Below, piece by piece: positions 55,901 to 64,000 of a DNA stretch of 64,000 nt. Each line of letters opens with the position of its first letter. Positions within the stretch are counted from its first letter, which is position 1. A model generated the notes under the pieces. It made no database searches. It was not told where the DNA came from and worked only from the letters and a program-made list of their open reading frames with translations. This DNA is from Octopus bimaculoides (lineage: Eukaryota), in the NCBI RefSeq assembly GCF_001194135.2, contig NC_068981.1, positions 152,256,426 through 152,320,425 of the forward strand, in the 5' to 3' direction. The translations under genes and the position numbers were made by a program.

Positions 55901-58900
55901 AGCTTTGTAGGATACCTCGTACATATCAAATATAAAAATGCTCTGTGCAAGAGTATGTACCCCATAAATTTCAGAATAGTGCAAACAAACAAATAGTATA
56001 GCATTTTGGTGTCTAATGACTGATATGTTTCTTTACATTTTCAGTATTATTTCTTTACGATCTACGAGCAAAAGATTAACAGAAAATATAGGATGAACAA
56101 AAAAAACTTTGAAGCCTACATTTCAAAACATCGACTGAATACTTTTCTTAGTAAGACATTGTATATATGCTTTCAAGTTGCTTCAAAATGTATCATATCA
56201 TATGATATCATATCATATTCTGTGTGACACGATGTACTTGCTAAATCAATAGTCCTATATTCGTAAAGAATTGTGCAGAAGTGAATATTATAACTACTAC
56301 TTATAACAATTACATTTGCAGTATCCATTCAGCACTATAAATATTGGTGATATTGGTGGAATATCCATTCAAAGCATTCATCAAATACGATACAACAGAG
56401 CTAAATTGTTATCAAGATCGGGAAACTAAAAGCGTATATGACTTTAACAGGTGAGTTACTATAGTCGCTATCTAAAGAATATTGACAGAGCAATTATTTT
56501 CAGTTAGTAACCAGAGCTTTCCTTATGGGATAAATCCAGATATTTACAGAAGAAAATATGCAATACGTATTATTTCCATACTAGTACCGAAAATGAACTT
56601 TCACATTTTTACAAAAATACTATCCTTTTCCCTAAAGAGGGATACATAAAGTCTACAACTTGGAAATGTCATACTGATATTTACCAAGTAATATTGAAAA
56701 ACAAAATTAGTCTTAGCATGACTTACAGCTTGAAACGTTTTATATGTATCAGCAAAACTATTACACTACCATAGAATAAGGCTCCAAATTTTAGTACAGG
56801 GCCAGCAATTGTTAGGGGAGGGTTACACCGATTACCATTGAACCCAGTGCTCAACTTGATACTTATTTTATCGACCCTGGAGGGATAGAAGATAAAGGTA
56901 ACCTCAGCAGGATTTGCCCTTAGAACGCAAAGAACTGGAACAAATACTACATAACATTTAACATTTTGTCCGACGCTCAAATGATTCTGCCATTCTGCCC
57001 CCGATTGGCAATAATAAAAACATAAGTAATCAAATATTTCCTAATAGAAAAAATTATTTCAGATATAAAAGTAGATAAAATTGTATATATATTTTTTTTT
57101 TTTTTTAATTCGATTTAGATTATTAAAACCTTTGTAACCAGACGCTCCGTCCAAATTAAAACAGGTGAATACTTACGGTCAACTACAAGTTTGGCTGTTG
57201 TTGAAACTTCGCCCGCCACGCATTTGTATTCTCCTCTGTCTTCTACTGTGACATTATGGATTATAAGTTTGTGGGTTTTCTTCTCAGTAACTATTTTAAT
57301 TCTCTCGTTTGTTTTTATTTCTTTTCCATCTTTCAACCATACACAACTGACATCTTCTTTGTCAACTTCACAAGTGAATACAGCTGTTTCAGTCACTCTT
57401 ATTTTTTGTTCTGTGAGTTTAGTGGTGAATTCTGCTTTTGATTCTGATAATTAAAAGAAATATGAAACTTTATTGCACACTGAAAATAAAATATTTTCAG
57501 TAAAATTCTAATTATGTAGCTGTAAACACAAACCTATTCGCTTCTCTGTTATCGAGCTATTTAAAAATCTTGGCAACATGACACGCCAATATTTATAGGG
57601 CTTTTACGATGCAGAGCACTTATTGATCCTTTCACCATCTTGGGATTAACGATTTCATATTGTTCGAACAAATCTATAAGCACTTGTAAGGAGCTTATTT
57701 CAGTACTAATACTCCAGTAACTTGTATATTGGCTCTAGAAATCAAAGCTACGAGAACTATTTATGAAAGAGCATTAAAAAGATAGTGACAAAATTTATGC
57801 TTTATGTGGATTCGGCCAACTTAACTAGAGAATTAATAATCGATATATAAATGTCTATAATGTTATGCAAAAGTCTAATAATGAAAAGTTAAACGAAATT
57901 ATCATGATTTAATTATTGAATTATAAACACTGTAGCAGTTAAGAAATGTCTTCTCACATGTATAGTTGATACCGCTGGATACTTCTGTTAAAGGCATTGA
58001 CAGGTAACCAGTAAGGATCAACATAGACACGTTCCAGTAAATATGTGAATATTGTTAAGACATTTCTTACTTGCTAATTTTAAGCATTTTGTTTTCCAAG
58101 ATGTCTCGTATTTGTTTTGATGTAATAGAATCCTCTGGAGAATTGTTTTTTTTAAGAGTAATAAACTGCATTTATATTGCATCCGACCAAAAGTCAAATA
58201 AGTTTATGAATAGAGCAAGCACCGGGGGTTTCTTTCGCTATGCATTCATTTAATTTTCGACATAATGACAAAATATTAATAGCATTCAGAACAAAAAACC
58301 TAAAACTTGATACCACGTTAAAGGGAATAAAACTTTTCTACGAACCACATCTAACAAGAGTAACTTGGGTGTGTGTAGATTGGGAAATGAATCACTTGAT
58401 TCACAAAATATAAAGTTCAACGATTAGAGCAAGTGGTTTTTGATGAGTGTACCAGATCAAAGCTATTTTACAAAACTGGTAAAGAGTATTTTCAACATAT
58501 GTGGAATATGTGGAGACTGATGAAAATACTTCCAATGTCTCGAGATCTTAAATCCTAACCAATATAGGAAATATAAATGGATATAACATATGTGGATACA
58601 TTGACAAAGAGGTAATGCGATAATACATCAAAACATTGTATAACCTGAACGAGAAATCACGCCCAGTTCACAATGACAGGTACAAAATTACTTAGAAAGC
58701 AACCTTAATGAGTATTAAATTTTAAAATTTCTTTATATTTTAATCCCTGCATATAATATATTTCTAGAAAATAAACGGATAACTCATTCAACTATCATTT
58801 ATCGATATGGAGCTATCCAAATTCTACAAATTTGAGTCAGAAATAACTTTCACATGAAAACGACTCGTGGATTGATAGCAGAAAATAACATATAGGAAAA

Positions 58901-59294
58901 TATATTTACGCAGTCCCTTACTACATTTCGAATACAACCTAAACAATGTAATATGCTCATAAGAAAATAGAATATTCATTTGCTCCAATAATGGCGTAAA
59001 AAGGAATAGAAATCTTTAGTCACAGGGCAAAAACTGACGAAACTTAAATCAAAAATCACATAAAATTCAAAGGAATTCGAGCAATTAAACACGTTTCTGA
59101 AATAATATTTTATGGAATTTAAAGTAAAAACATCTTCTAACTATTGTAAGGAAAAAAAATTTCAAGGACGAAAAAGAAACATTTGGAATCCATCTCGGCG
59201 GCATTTGAATTCAGAGCGTAAAGAAAGGCGAAATGCTGTAAAGCAGTTTTGCCAGCTCACCACCTCAATAATAATAATAATAATAATGATGATG

Positions 59295-59368
<74 letters not shown>

Positions 59369-60355
59369 GGCCCTGGTGCAATACCAGACAGTGGCTCTCA
59401 TGGCTTTTGTTCTTAACAGATTGGAAGTGCTATCATGTACACGTTTTGTCTTGGTATAAAAGATGGGCTACAGCAAATATTCGCTTGTCAGTTGCTTCAC
59501 CTTAACCAGTTGAGTATGTCTCTTGGTAGCTGATAATATGTGCATCTCTGATCACGTGCAGAAGTAGTGAGGGAGCCGCATGGGTATGCGTTGAGAGGAA
59601 TTTGGTGAGGTTTGAATAATTCACCTCTTGAAACATGGGTATTTCATTCATCATCCTTAAACAAACCTTATTCAGTGACTTTTGAACGGAGTGGGCTCCT
59701 CGATCTGATGGAAATTCTAACTGGGCCCCACCTGGAAGATCATGCGCAGTTTATCTTGATATAAGATCACCATGTCACGCACGTATGATTGTAATGCATG
59801 TGGCTGGTGCACTCTTATCAGACGAGTAGTCATGATGGGTATATTGGGTTTCGTATTGGGTACGACCACAAACCCGAAGGCCTCATCGAAAATTATGATG
59901 CAAAGATCCTGTGGGATTTTATGATTCAGTGCGACCATGAAATAGAGAATAGGATGCCAGACATAGTCTTATTTGAGAGAGAAAACAAACTATGTTGGAT
60001 CATAGATATAGCATGCCCAGCTGATAACAAGGTATGCGATAAGGAAGAAAGAAAAGTCGATAGATATGACAGGTTAGCTTGGGAGGTTAACCAGTTGTGG
60101 TCGATGAAAAAGGTGGTAGTAGTACCAATAATTGTCGGAGCCCTGGGAACAGTGAGTTAAAATCTTGAGAAGTACATGGTACAAATAGGGGCTGCAATAA
60201 AGGTGGAGCACTTGCAGAAAGCAGCACTGCTTGGAACCGCTCGAATACTCCGGAAGGTGCTCGAAAAATAAGAGGTGTTACCTTAGTTCACTGGTAGTGA
60301 ACAGCTGACACCGTAATACATCTCCTGCGTTAGAAGCTGTGCAAAGGCAATAATA

Positions 60356-60398
<43 letters not shown>

Positions 60399-62872
60399 CG
60401 ATAACGATGACGACGACGATGGTGGTGACGACGACCACCATGACGATAACGATGATCATGATCATGATGACGATGACGATCACCACGACGACGACGCCGA
60501 TAATGATGACTGAATATACATGACTTGAAGTAGCAACTGATTATTATTTTGAATAGATCAGTCTACAGTTAATGAACAGTGAGTGCTAAGTCTAAGTCAA
60601 GGTGTTTATAACACACTTTGTGATAAATAACACAATTTTCCTATACGCTTCATAAGTTCGCAGTTTTGCAGATGAAACAATACTTCAAGTATAAACATAC
60701 TACATGGTCATTTGAATCATAAAGGGAAATAAATACATATATAACGAAATTTGAGTTTATATCACTTTCACTTACCTTCAACCACGAGTCTTGCTGAAGT
60801 AGAAACCTCGCCCACTACACAGCTGTACTCTCCTTTATCCTCTGCTTTTACGTTGTGAATAATAAGCTTGTGGGTTCTCTTCTCGGTAATGATTTCAATT
60901 CGCTCAGTTGATTTTATTTCTTTTCCATCCTTCAACCACACACAACTGACATCTTCTCTATCAACTTCGCAAGTAAATATCACTGTTTCAGTGATTCTTA
61001 TCTTCTGTTCAGTAAGTTTAGTAGTAAATTCTGCTTTTGATTCTAATAATGAGAATGTTAAAATTATATTTCAGGTGAGAAGGTCAGTATATTTAGTTCA
61101 ACAGATAAATAAATCATTATTTATATTATAAACATCTTATGATATTACATTTAACACATGTTAGAAACTCTCCTTATATAAAGAGAAAGTAAAATCATGA
61201 AATTCATTTAAGTTGTTGGTCTTGTACTCAATAGTTTTGAACTTATATCCTGTCGATGAATGCGGTGTTGTATCCTGGGAGGAGGATAGAATTATTGTTT
61301 ACCCCGAATTTTTAATTCCTTAGAAAACGTTTTCTTTAGAAAATGTTCTAAAATTAGAAGACTGTGGAGTTATTTCTTTAGTTTACTACTATAGGTAACC
61401 AGCTATAAGTAATCTATGAGGCAAAGGAAATCAAATGTACAGCAATATTTACTTTCTATAGCAATAAACGTTAACAGAGTAACCAACAATGTTTAACAAA
61501 ACTGTAATAATCTAAACTAGGAGTCTTCAATATTTTTCACAACTTGGTCAACAAATACAAAATGTCTATGTATACTGTAAAATGAGGTATATATAAATCC
61601 ATCAATTCATGTAAAAATATAAGTAATATTTTTATGCAACATTTTTGAAATCAAAAAAAAATTATCAACAAAACCAAATAGATTTTCTGTAATTAGGAAA
61701 CATATTTCTTTAACAATAATATATTTTCATATTTTTCTACTTTTAATATCTTTCCGAAAAATATGAAGAAATGAAAATGTCAATGGGAATCAATGAGAAG
61801 TAATTTCATAAATCTCAAGCTTCAGTTTCATCTAGCCAATTATTAGAATTGATGTTAAAAGGTCATCAGATAAATATTCTTTTTAGCTGGAATTGACATG
61901 CATTATTTTTGAAATGGTTTATTCACGTAAAGGTCATGCGAATGACTGATATTAAGACCAAAGGGAAACTTATTCAAATGTGGAGGCTCTTTATGCGATA
62001 GACAGTTATAGAAGTTGATTAAATTTTCTTCTATAAGCTTGTCTTTCAATGTGTCGTTTAATTGGGGGGTCTCTCATTTTCATTAACTTATGAGTTCTTT
62101 ACTTTTGAATTCTGGAATAACCTAATTTCTTCTACATCAGTATGGGGAAAAGTGTTTCTGAAACTGTTTTCGTAATTCATGAATTATTTCATAAATGAAA
62201 AAGAATATTTTTGTTCCACATTTTTGACAAAATTGTTCCCAACAATTATAATCCGTATACTTGAGTTTTAATCAACCCTAAATACTTTGAAAAGTGCGAA
62301 CAAAACAAAATATTAAAATATTTTCCCTTACACTTTTGTATTAAACTGAGATGTATAACTTGTAAATTCCACACAAAATGCCCATTTCCATAGCCAAAGA
62401 CGATTCGACAATATTCTTAAAAAACACCCAGTACACTCTGTGAAGTGATTTGCGTTAGGAAGGGCATCTAGCCTTAGAAACCATGCCAAAACAGACAATT
62501 GGAGTCTGATGCAGCTCTCTGGCTCGCCAGCTCCTTTCAAACCGTCCGAGTTATGCCAGTATGGAAAACGGACGTCAAATGATGATGATGATGATGAAGT
62601 AGACAAAAATGCTGGATTATATACATTAGTTGTTTATAATAGGCTTACAGCTGGTTCAGGTTTATCGATCGATTGATCGACTGAAAATATAGAGCACTAC
62701 CAGCACAATACTATCTTTCTTATAATGAAAACGGATCAACTGCCAAAGAATTTGGTCAATGTAGCATTTATATTCGGAACTAGATCGTCTGTTTCTAGCC
62801 ACTATTAACCTTAAGCTATTAGTCTCTTTTACCACGGGTGAATAATATTGAATCCAGTAAATAGATTTGAAT

Positions 62873-62907
<35 letters not shown>

Positions 62908-63535
62908 NNNNNNNNNNNNNNNNNNNNNNNNNNNNNNNNNNNNNNNNNNNNNNNNNNNNNNNNNNNNNNNNNNNNNNNNNNNNNNNNNNNNNNNNNNNNN
63001 NNNNNNNNNNNNNNNNNNNNNNNNNNNNNNNNNNNNNATAAATACATACATACATTCAAATCCACTGATCTGCCAAAAATGCGTTGTGACATTCGGTGTA
63101 ATCTAGACATTAAATTTAGACATATTCAGTACAATTTCCATATTTCAAAGTTTCAATTCCATAAAATATGTTTCTAAATATTTTTTAGTATATTATAGAA
63201 CAAAGAAATATTTGAAAATTAAATAGTCATTTTTAAGCAAATTACACTAATTTGCAAATACATACTTTCAACAATTAGTCTTGCAGTAGTAGATATTTTT
63301 CCAACTTTGCATGTATATACACCAGTGTCTTCTGATGTGACTTTATTTATAATAAGTTTCTGTGTTGTTTTCTCTGTAACCATTTTAATCCTGTTGTCCG
63401 ATTGCAAGACTTTACCATCTTTCAACCAAGTTGCTTTGATATTTTCCTCAGACATCTCGCAGGTAAGTGTAACTGTTCCATTTGTTTCTACTTTAACTTC
63501 TTCAACAAGTTCTTGAGTAAAACTTGCTTTCATTT
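1595..63535 (-). CDS. Partial giant Ig-domain muscle-type protein gene (titin/twitchin/obscurin-like): 3 Ig exons plus 46 micro-exons; likely extends beyond both window ends
   Basis: 49 GT-AG bounded exons, all phase 1-1, join into one open frame; I-set Ig motifs ([18 protein letters not shown]..EDxGxYxC) are followed by an E/T/V/S-rich repeat; family assignment is inference. Confidence 0.8.
1969..1998 (-). CDS. Micro-exon B1 (S/G)VVTETESRI
   Basis: cttag / gtaag, 30 nt. Confidence 0.84.
   Translation of the reverse strand, partial: ALLLKPNLA
2387..2416 (-). CDS. Micro-exon C1 [10 protein letters not shown]
   Basis: tttag / gtaagt, 30 nt. Confidence 0.84.
2573..3630 (+). mobile_element. 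Degenerate Tc1/mariner transposon
   Basis: Frameshifted transposase remnants (FFxDEKNF, VxVFGCV, W.PNS.D.N..D, GGYFE*); starts at ta-tagggtg. Confidence 0.75.
3851..3880 (-). pseudogene. Decayed D-type pseudo-exon
   Basis: Sits in D context (aaaatagatgt...aaataatattgc), roughly half of positions match D exons, both splice sites lost. Confidence 0.55.
4684..4713 (-). CDS. Micro-exon E1 [10 protein letters not shown]
   Basis: catag / gtaag, 30 nt. Confidence 0.86.
5045..5074 (-). CDS. Micro-exon F1 [10 protein letters not shown]
   Basis: tacag / gtaag, 30 nt. Confidence 0.86.
5105..6916. mobile_element. Nested insertion: inverted Penelope-like tails enclosing a SINE head split by a MITE
   Basis: 10-bp direct repeat gtggttaaat at 5095-5104 and 6917-6926; 5150-5300 is the inverse of 6770-6915; long TIRs at about 5370-5485 and 6505-6630. 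Confidence 0.6.
7188..7302. repeat. ~39-bp minisatellite x3 (tattaaatattacaattcctttcattgta...)
   Basis: Direct tandem copies visible. Confidence 0.75.
8646..8675 (-). CDS. Micro-exon A2 [10 protein letters not shown]
   Basis: ttcag / gtgag, 30 nt. Confidence 0.87.
9018..9047 (-). CDS. Micro-exon B2 [10 protein letters not shown]
   Basis: cacag / gtaag, 30 nt. Confidence 0.87.
   Translation of the reverse strand, partial: KLLLKLNHA
9396..9425 (-). CDS. Micro-exon C2 [10 protein letters not shown]
   Basis: tttag / gtaag, 30 nt. Confidence 0.87.
9808..9837 (-). CDS. Micro-exon D2 [10 protein letters not shown]
   Basis: cacag / gtgag, 30 nt. Confidence 0.87.
10075..10460 (+). mobile_element. 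tRNA-derived SINE
   Basis: ggcgcaatgacccagtggttaaggc...gtttcgattccc head then SINE body. Confidence 0.72.
10862..10891 (-). CDS. Micro-exon E2 [10 protein letters not shown]
   Basis: cctag / gtgag, 30 nt. Confidence 0.87.
11235..11264 (-). CDS. Micro-exon F2 [10 protein letters not shown]
   Basis: tacag / gtaag, 30 nt. Confidence 0.87.
11443..11525. repeat. (AT)n microsatellite (one of many AT/GT/ATAC/AAT tracts in the window)
   Basis: Direct reading; similar tracts at ~6690-6770, 13008-13060, 17535-17600, 33628-33720, 35875-35955, 39360-39422. Confidence 0.95.
11530..12760 (-). mobile_element. R4/Dong-like non-LTR retrotransposon 3' fragment (RLE type), degenerate
   Basis: Reverse-strand remnants [20 protein letters not shown] knuckle (CRKCG..ES..H...EC), KILW..RPDI..LIDPSCP; adjoins (TTA)n at 12775. 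Confidence 0.7.
15246..15275 (-). CDS. Micro-exon A3 [10 protein letters not shown]
   Basis: ttcag / gtgag, 30 nt. Confidence 0.87.
17006..17035 (-). CDS. Micro-exon B3 [10 protein letters not shown]
   Basis: cacag / gtaag, 30 nt. Confidence 0.87.
   Translation of the reverse strand, partial: KLLPKPNHA
18332..18361 (-). CDS. Micro-exon A4 [10 protein letters not shown]
   Basis: ctcag / gtgag, 30 nt. Confidence 0.87.
18704..18733 (-). CDS. Micro-exon B4 [10 protein letters not shown]
   Basis: cacag / gtaag, 30 nt. Confidence 0.87.
   Translation of the reverse strand, partial: KLLLKLNLE
19088..19117 (-). CDS. Micro-exon C4 [10 protein letters not shown]
   Basis: tttag / gtaag, 30 nt. Confidence 0.87.
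19441..19470 (-). CDS. Micro-exon D4 [10 protein letters not shown]
   Basis: cacag / gtgag, 30 nt. Confidence 0.87.
20075..20104 (-). CDS. Micro-exon E4 [10 protein letters not shown]
   Basis: cctag / gtgag, 30 nt. Confidence 0.87.
20326..20777. mobile_element. MITE-like element with ~110-bp terminal inverted repeats; internal part repeated at ~20915-21080
   Basis: aattaataattaaggg...cacttaaacacaagggtgaaagcgggcaaat mirrored at 20626-20777. Confidence 0.7.
21324..21353 (-). CDS. Micro-exon F4 [10 protein letters not shown]
   Basis: tacag / gtaag, 30 nt. Confidence 0.87.
21840..22085 (+). mobile_element. SINE-family repeat fragment
   Basis: Body and tail (tagcggttcgg..aaagagaccgatagaata..gtcgatttgttcgactaa..tgactgaaacaaataaaag) resemble the other SINE copies here. 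Confidence 0.5.
23363..23574 (+). mobile_element. tRNA-derived (CORE-like) SINE with 16-bp TSD
   Basis: gagctggcagaaacgttagcac..gagttcaaattcc..gtcgactttgcctttcatcctttcggggtcgataaa; TSD aatatt(c/t)tgatgtgtc at 23347-23362 and 23575-23590. Confidence 0.8.
23905..23934 (-). CDS. Micro-exon A5 [10 protein letters not shown]
   Basis: tgcag / gtgag, 30 nt. Confidence 0.87.
24299..24328 (-). CDS. Micro-exon B5 [10 protein letters not shown]
   Basis: cacag / gtaag, 30 nt. Confidence 0.87.
   Translation of the reverse strand, partial: KLLLRPNLA
25062..25091 (-). CDS. Micro-exon C5 [10 protein letters not shown]
   Basis: cttag / gtaag, 30 nt. Confidence 0.87.
25493..25522 (-). CDS. Micro-exon D5 [10 protein letters not shown]
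   Basis: cacag / gtgag, 30 nt. Confidence 0.87.
26543..26572 (-). CDS. Micro-exon E5 [10 protein letters not shown]
   Basis: cgtag / gtgag, 30 nt. Confidence 0.85.
26959..26988 (-). CDS. Micro-exon F5 [10 protein letters not shown]
   Basis: aacag / gtaag, 30 nt. Confidence 0.87.
27400..28060 (-). mobile_element. HERO/NeSL-like RLE non-LTR retrotransposon 3' remnant
   Basis: Reverse translation [13 protein letters not shown] (knuckle) and SWDANIK...[30 protein letters not shown] (RLE domain). Confidence 0.55.
28100..28360 (-). mobile_element. Tc1/mariner transposase fragment
   Basis: Reverse translation TQSWLSDNF...[19 protein letters not shown]; same family as 2573-3630. Confidence 0.72.
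29819..29848 (-). CDS. Micro-exon A6 [10 protein letters not shown]
   Basis: tacag / gtgag, 30 nt. Confidence 0.87.
30205..30234 (-). CDS. Micro-exon B6 [10 protein letters not shown]
   Basis: cacag / gtaag, 30 nt. Confidence 0.87.
   Translation of the reverse strand, partial: KLLLRQNLA
30591..30620 (-). CDS. Micro-exon C6 [10 protein letters not shown]
   Basis: tttag / gtaag, 30 nt. Confidence 0.87.
31041..31070 (-). CDS. Micro-exon D6 [10 protein letters not shown]
   Basis: tacag / gtgag, 30 nt. Confidence 0.87.
31727..31756 (-). CDS. Micro-exon E6 [10 protein letters not shown]
   Basis: cttag / gtgag, 30 nt. Confidence 0.87.
32082..32111 (-). CDS. Micro-exon F6 [10 protein letters not shown]
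   Basis: tacag / gtaag, 30 nt. Confidence 0.87.
32740..32865 (-). mobile_element. SINE (CORE-like) fragment
   Basis: Reverse complement of the 23363 SINE core. Confidence 0.6.
33847..33876 (-). CDS. Micro-exon A7 [10 protein letters not shown]
   Basis: cccag / gtgag, 30 nt. Confidence 0.87.
34192..34221 (-). CDS. Micro-exon B7 [10 protein letters not shown]
   Basis: cacag / gtaag, 30 nt. Confidence 0.87.
   Translation of the reverse strand, partial: KLLLKLNPV
34567..34596 (-). CDS. Micro-exon C7 [10 protein letters not shown]
   Basis: ttcag / gtaagt, 30 nt, C-type flanks. Confidence 0.82.
34967..34993 (-). pseudogene. Decayed D-type pseudo-exon (DIVTLTSV*)
   Basis: Flanks match D-exon context (aatgttgaaaata..gtaacaatatct); donor lost, in-frame TAA. 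Confidence 0.55.
36413..36620. repeat. ~56-bp minisatellite x4 (gaagcagcacatttgaagggatgtgttatg...)
   Basis: Four direct tandem copies. Confidence 0.75.
36815..36844 (-). CDS. 30-nt micro-exon [10 protein letters not shown] (E-like)
   Basis: tttag / gtgagt. Confidence 0.72.
37456..37485 (-). CDS. 30-nt micro-exon [10 protein letters not shown] (F-like)
   Basis: cacag / gtaag. Confidence 0.78.
37875..37898 (-). CDS. 24-nt micro-exon DRPYAEQI (A position)
   Basis: ttttccatctag / gtgagttt; phase 1-1; weak similarity only. Confidence 0.5.
38205..38234 (-). CDS. 30-nt micro-exon [10 protein letters not shown] (B-like)
   Basis: aacag / gtaagc. Confidence 0.72.
   Translation of the reverse strand, partial: NLYQKRNIG
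39423..41090 (+). mobile_element. 5'-truncated R4/Dong-like LINE (RT, CCHC, RLE) between two (AAT)n tracts
   Basis: [14 protein letters not shown] (RT), [13 protein letters not shown] (knuckle), ILWD..RPDIV..LIDVSIP..KY..L (RLE); stops and frameshifts. Confidence 0.85.
41155..41697. mobile_element. ~540-bp (AAT)n-bounded interspersed repeat, copy 1
   Basis: Homologous to 42433-42975 and 59367-59860. Confidence 0.7.
42433..42975. mobile_element. ~540-bp (AAT)n-bounded interspersed repeat, copy 2
   Basis: Begins aaatgccctggtgcagtatcaggcagtg directly after (AAT)n. Confidence 0.7.
43165..43306. repeat. Compound microsatellite (AAG)n(AAC)n
   Basis: Direct reading. Confidence 0.95.
43482..44180. 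mobile_element. Foldback/MITE-like long inverted repeat
   Basis: Arms at about 43482-43781 and 43839-44120 are reverse complements; the loop is repeated inverted at 44120-44180. Confidence 0.75.
44670..44696 (-). CDS. 27-nt micro-exon DVTEEEYPR (D-like)
   Basis: cgcag / gtaag; homologous to [10 protein letters not shown] with one codon lost. Confidence 0.72.
45377..45406 (-). CDS. 30-nt micro-exon [10 protein letters not shown] (E-like)
   Basis: attag / gtgagt. Confidence 0.8.
45694..45723 (-). CDS. 30-nt micro-exon [10 protein letters not shown] (F-like)
   Basis: ctacag / gtaagct, same flanks as F exons. Confidence 0.82.
46988..47017 (-). CDS. 30-nt micro-exon [10 protein letters not shown]
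   Basis: tttag / gtgag; ends ..ATV like the PS..TV class. Confidence 0.7.
47130..47390 (+). mobile_element. Penelope-like element C-terminal fragment
   Basis: ORF 47142..47369 [28 protein letters not shown]...[11 protein letters not shown] resembles the Penelope GIY-YIG C-terminus. Confidence 0.65.
48822..48851 (-). CDS. 30-nt micro-exon [10 protein letters not shown]
   Basis: cgcag / gtgag; B-like. Confidence 0.78.
49271..49300 (-). CDS. 30-nt micro-exon [10 protein letters not shown]
   Basis: tttag / gtgag; phase 1-1. Confidence 0.75.
51704..51733 (-). CDS. 30-nt micro-exon [10 protein letters not shown]
   Basis: ttcag / gtaag; homologous to [10 protein letters not shown] class. Confidence 0.8.
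52490..52519 (-). CDS. 30-nt micro-exon, diverged, (Q/E)QTTESKDGF
   Basis: ttcag acceptor, gtgag donor, phase 1-1. Confidence 0.7.
56775..56995 (-). mobile_element. SINE (CORE-like) fragment
   Basis: acttatttttatcgaccc..gaggtaacctcagcaggattt-like motif, reverse complement of the SINE core. Confidence 0.55.
57177..57443 (-). CDS. Ig I-set domain exon (267 nt) [41 protein letters not shown]...[21 protein letters not shown]
   Basis: ORF 57115..57396; acceptor atcag, donor gtaag; paralogue of the 60776 exon. Confidence 0.92.
59367..59860. mobile_element. ~500-bp (AAT)n-bounded repeat, copy 3
   Basis: Homologous to 41155 and 42433 copies; follows (AAT)n at 59267-59366. Confidence 0.7.
59862..60348 (+). 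mobile_element. R4/Dong-like LINE 3' fragment (RLE domain) ending in (GAT)n
   Basis: ORF 59798..60160 [47 protein letters not shown]. Confidence 0.8.
60776..61042 (-). CDS. Ig I-set domain exon (267 nt) [40 protein letters not shown]...[21 protein letters not shown]
   Basis: ORF 60768..60983; acceptor attag, donor gtaag; I-set motifs. Confidence 0.92.
63266..63535 (-). CDS. Ig I-set domain exon (270 nt) [42 protein letters not shown]...[21 protein letters not shown]
   Basis: ORF 63219..63533; acceptor aacag, donor gtatg; canonical I-set Cys/Trp/DxGxYxC. Confidence 0.9.
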
Positions 63536-64000
63536 CTGTTTAGAAAAAAAACAATCCAGAAATTAGAATTTCTTTTTTATTCAATTTTTTCTCTGTTACA
63601 TGTTAAGTATTATCTACAGTTGTACCATGTTTTCGGTGTCGCCTAAAAGTTTGTTGTCTATGTTATATATACATGAATTGTCATCGATAACACCAAGGTG
63701 TTTTTTTTCCACTCACCAAAGTGAATGGACCTTTGGCCAGGAGTCACTGATGTCATCAGACTGTATCCAACGATCATCAAGTGTTTCTGCTCTGAACCGT
63801 AACACTCTCCCCCTGGTTTGTCATCAAAAGTGGCCAGACAACTACTCATCATCTGGCTTCCAGATTAACTCTTCTCCTTTGTTCTATAAGCAGCAAGAGG
63901 TCTTTTCTGATACTTCCCTCATCCTGCTCACAGCTAGCCCTTCGCACTTTTCCTCTCATTCCAGGTAATATACATGCATATATATATATATATATATATA

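Noticed and set aside
55684-56004. 106-aa hydrophobic ORF and neighbours
   Set aside because: No recognisable domain or splice pattern; consistent with AT-rich noise or decayed TE
5581-63177. Many ORF-track ORFs made of poly-X, YIYI, CVCV, poly-I/N/K/L/C
   Set aside because: Artefacts of N gaps and microsatellites
63600-63968. 122-aa plus-strand ORF and overlapping minus ORF
   Set aside because: No recognisable motifs; probably an unclassified repeat

Overview
Eukaryotic, AT-rich, microsatellite- and transposon-dense gapped genomic DNA; the SINE/LINE and (AAT)n/(AT)n content suggests a cephalopod such as octopus (inference). The whole window appears to lie inside one giant minus-strand gene. 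Three I-set Ig-domain exons (63266-63535, 60776-61042, 57177-57443) of titin/twitchin/obscurin type are followed, in the transcript direction, by 46 micro-exons that the ORF track cannot show. Of these, 44 are 30 nt, one is 27 nt and one is 24 nt; all are GT-AG bounded and phase 1-1, and they span 52519 down to 1595. Spliced together they give about 457 aa of an E/T/V/S-rich 20-aa repeat made of two alternating exon classes. In 1.6-34.6 kb the repeats form a six-exon higher-order unit ([60 protein letters not shown]) duplicated together with its introns. An older, diverged series lies at 36.8-52.5 kb, and there are two decayed pseudo-exons and one truncated unit. Introns contain mariner, R4/Dong-like, HERO-like and Penelope-like remnants, tRNA-derived SINEs, MITE/foldback hairpins and microsatellites. 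All coordinates were counted by hand; TE boundaries are approximate.
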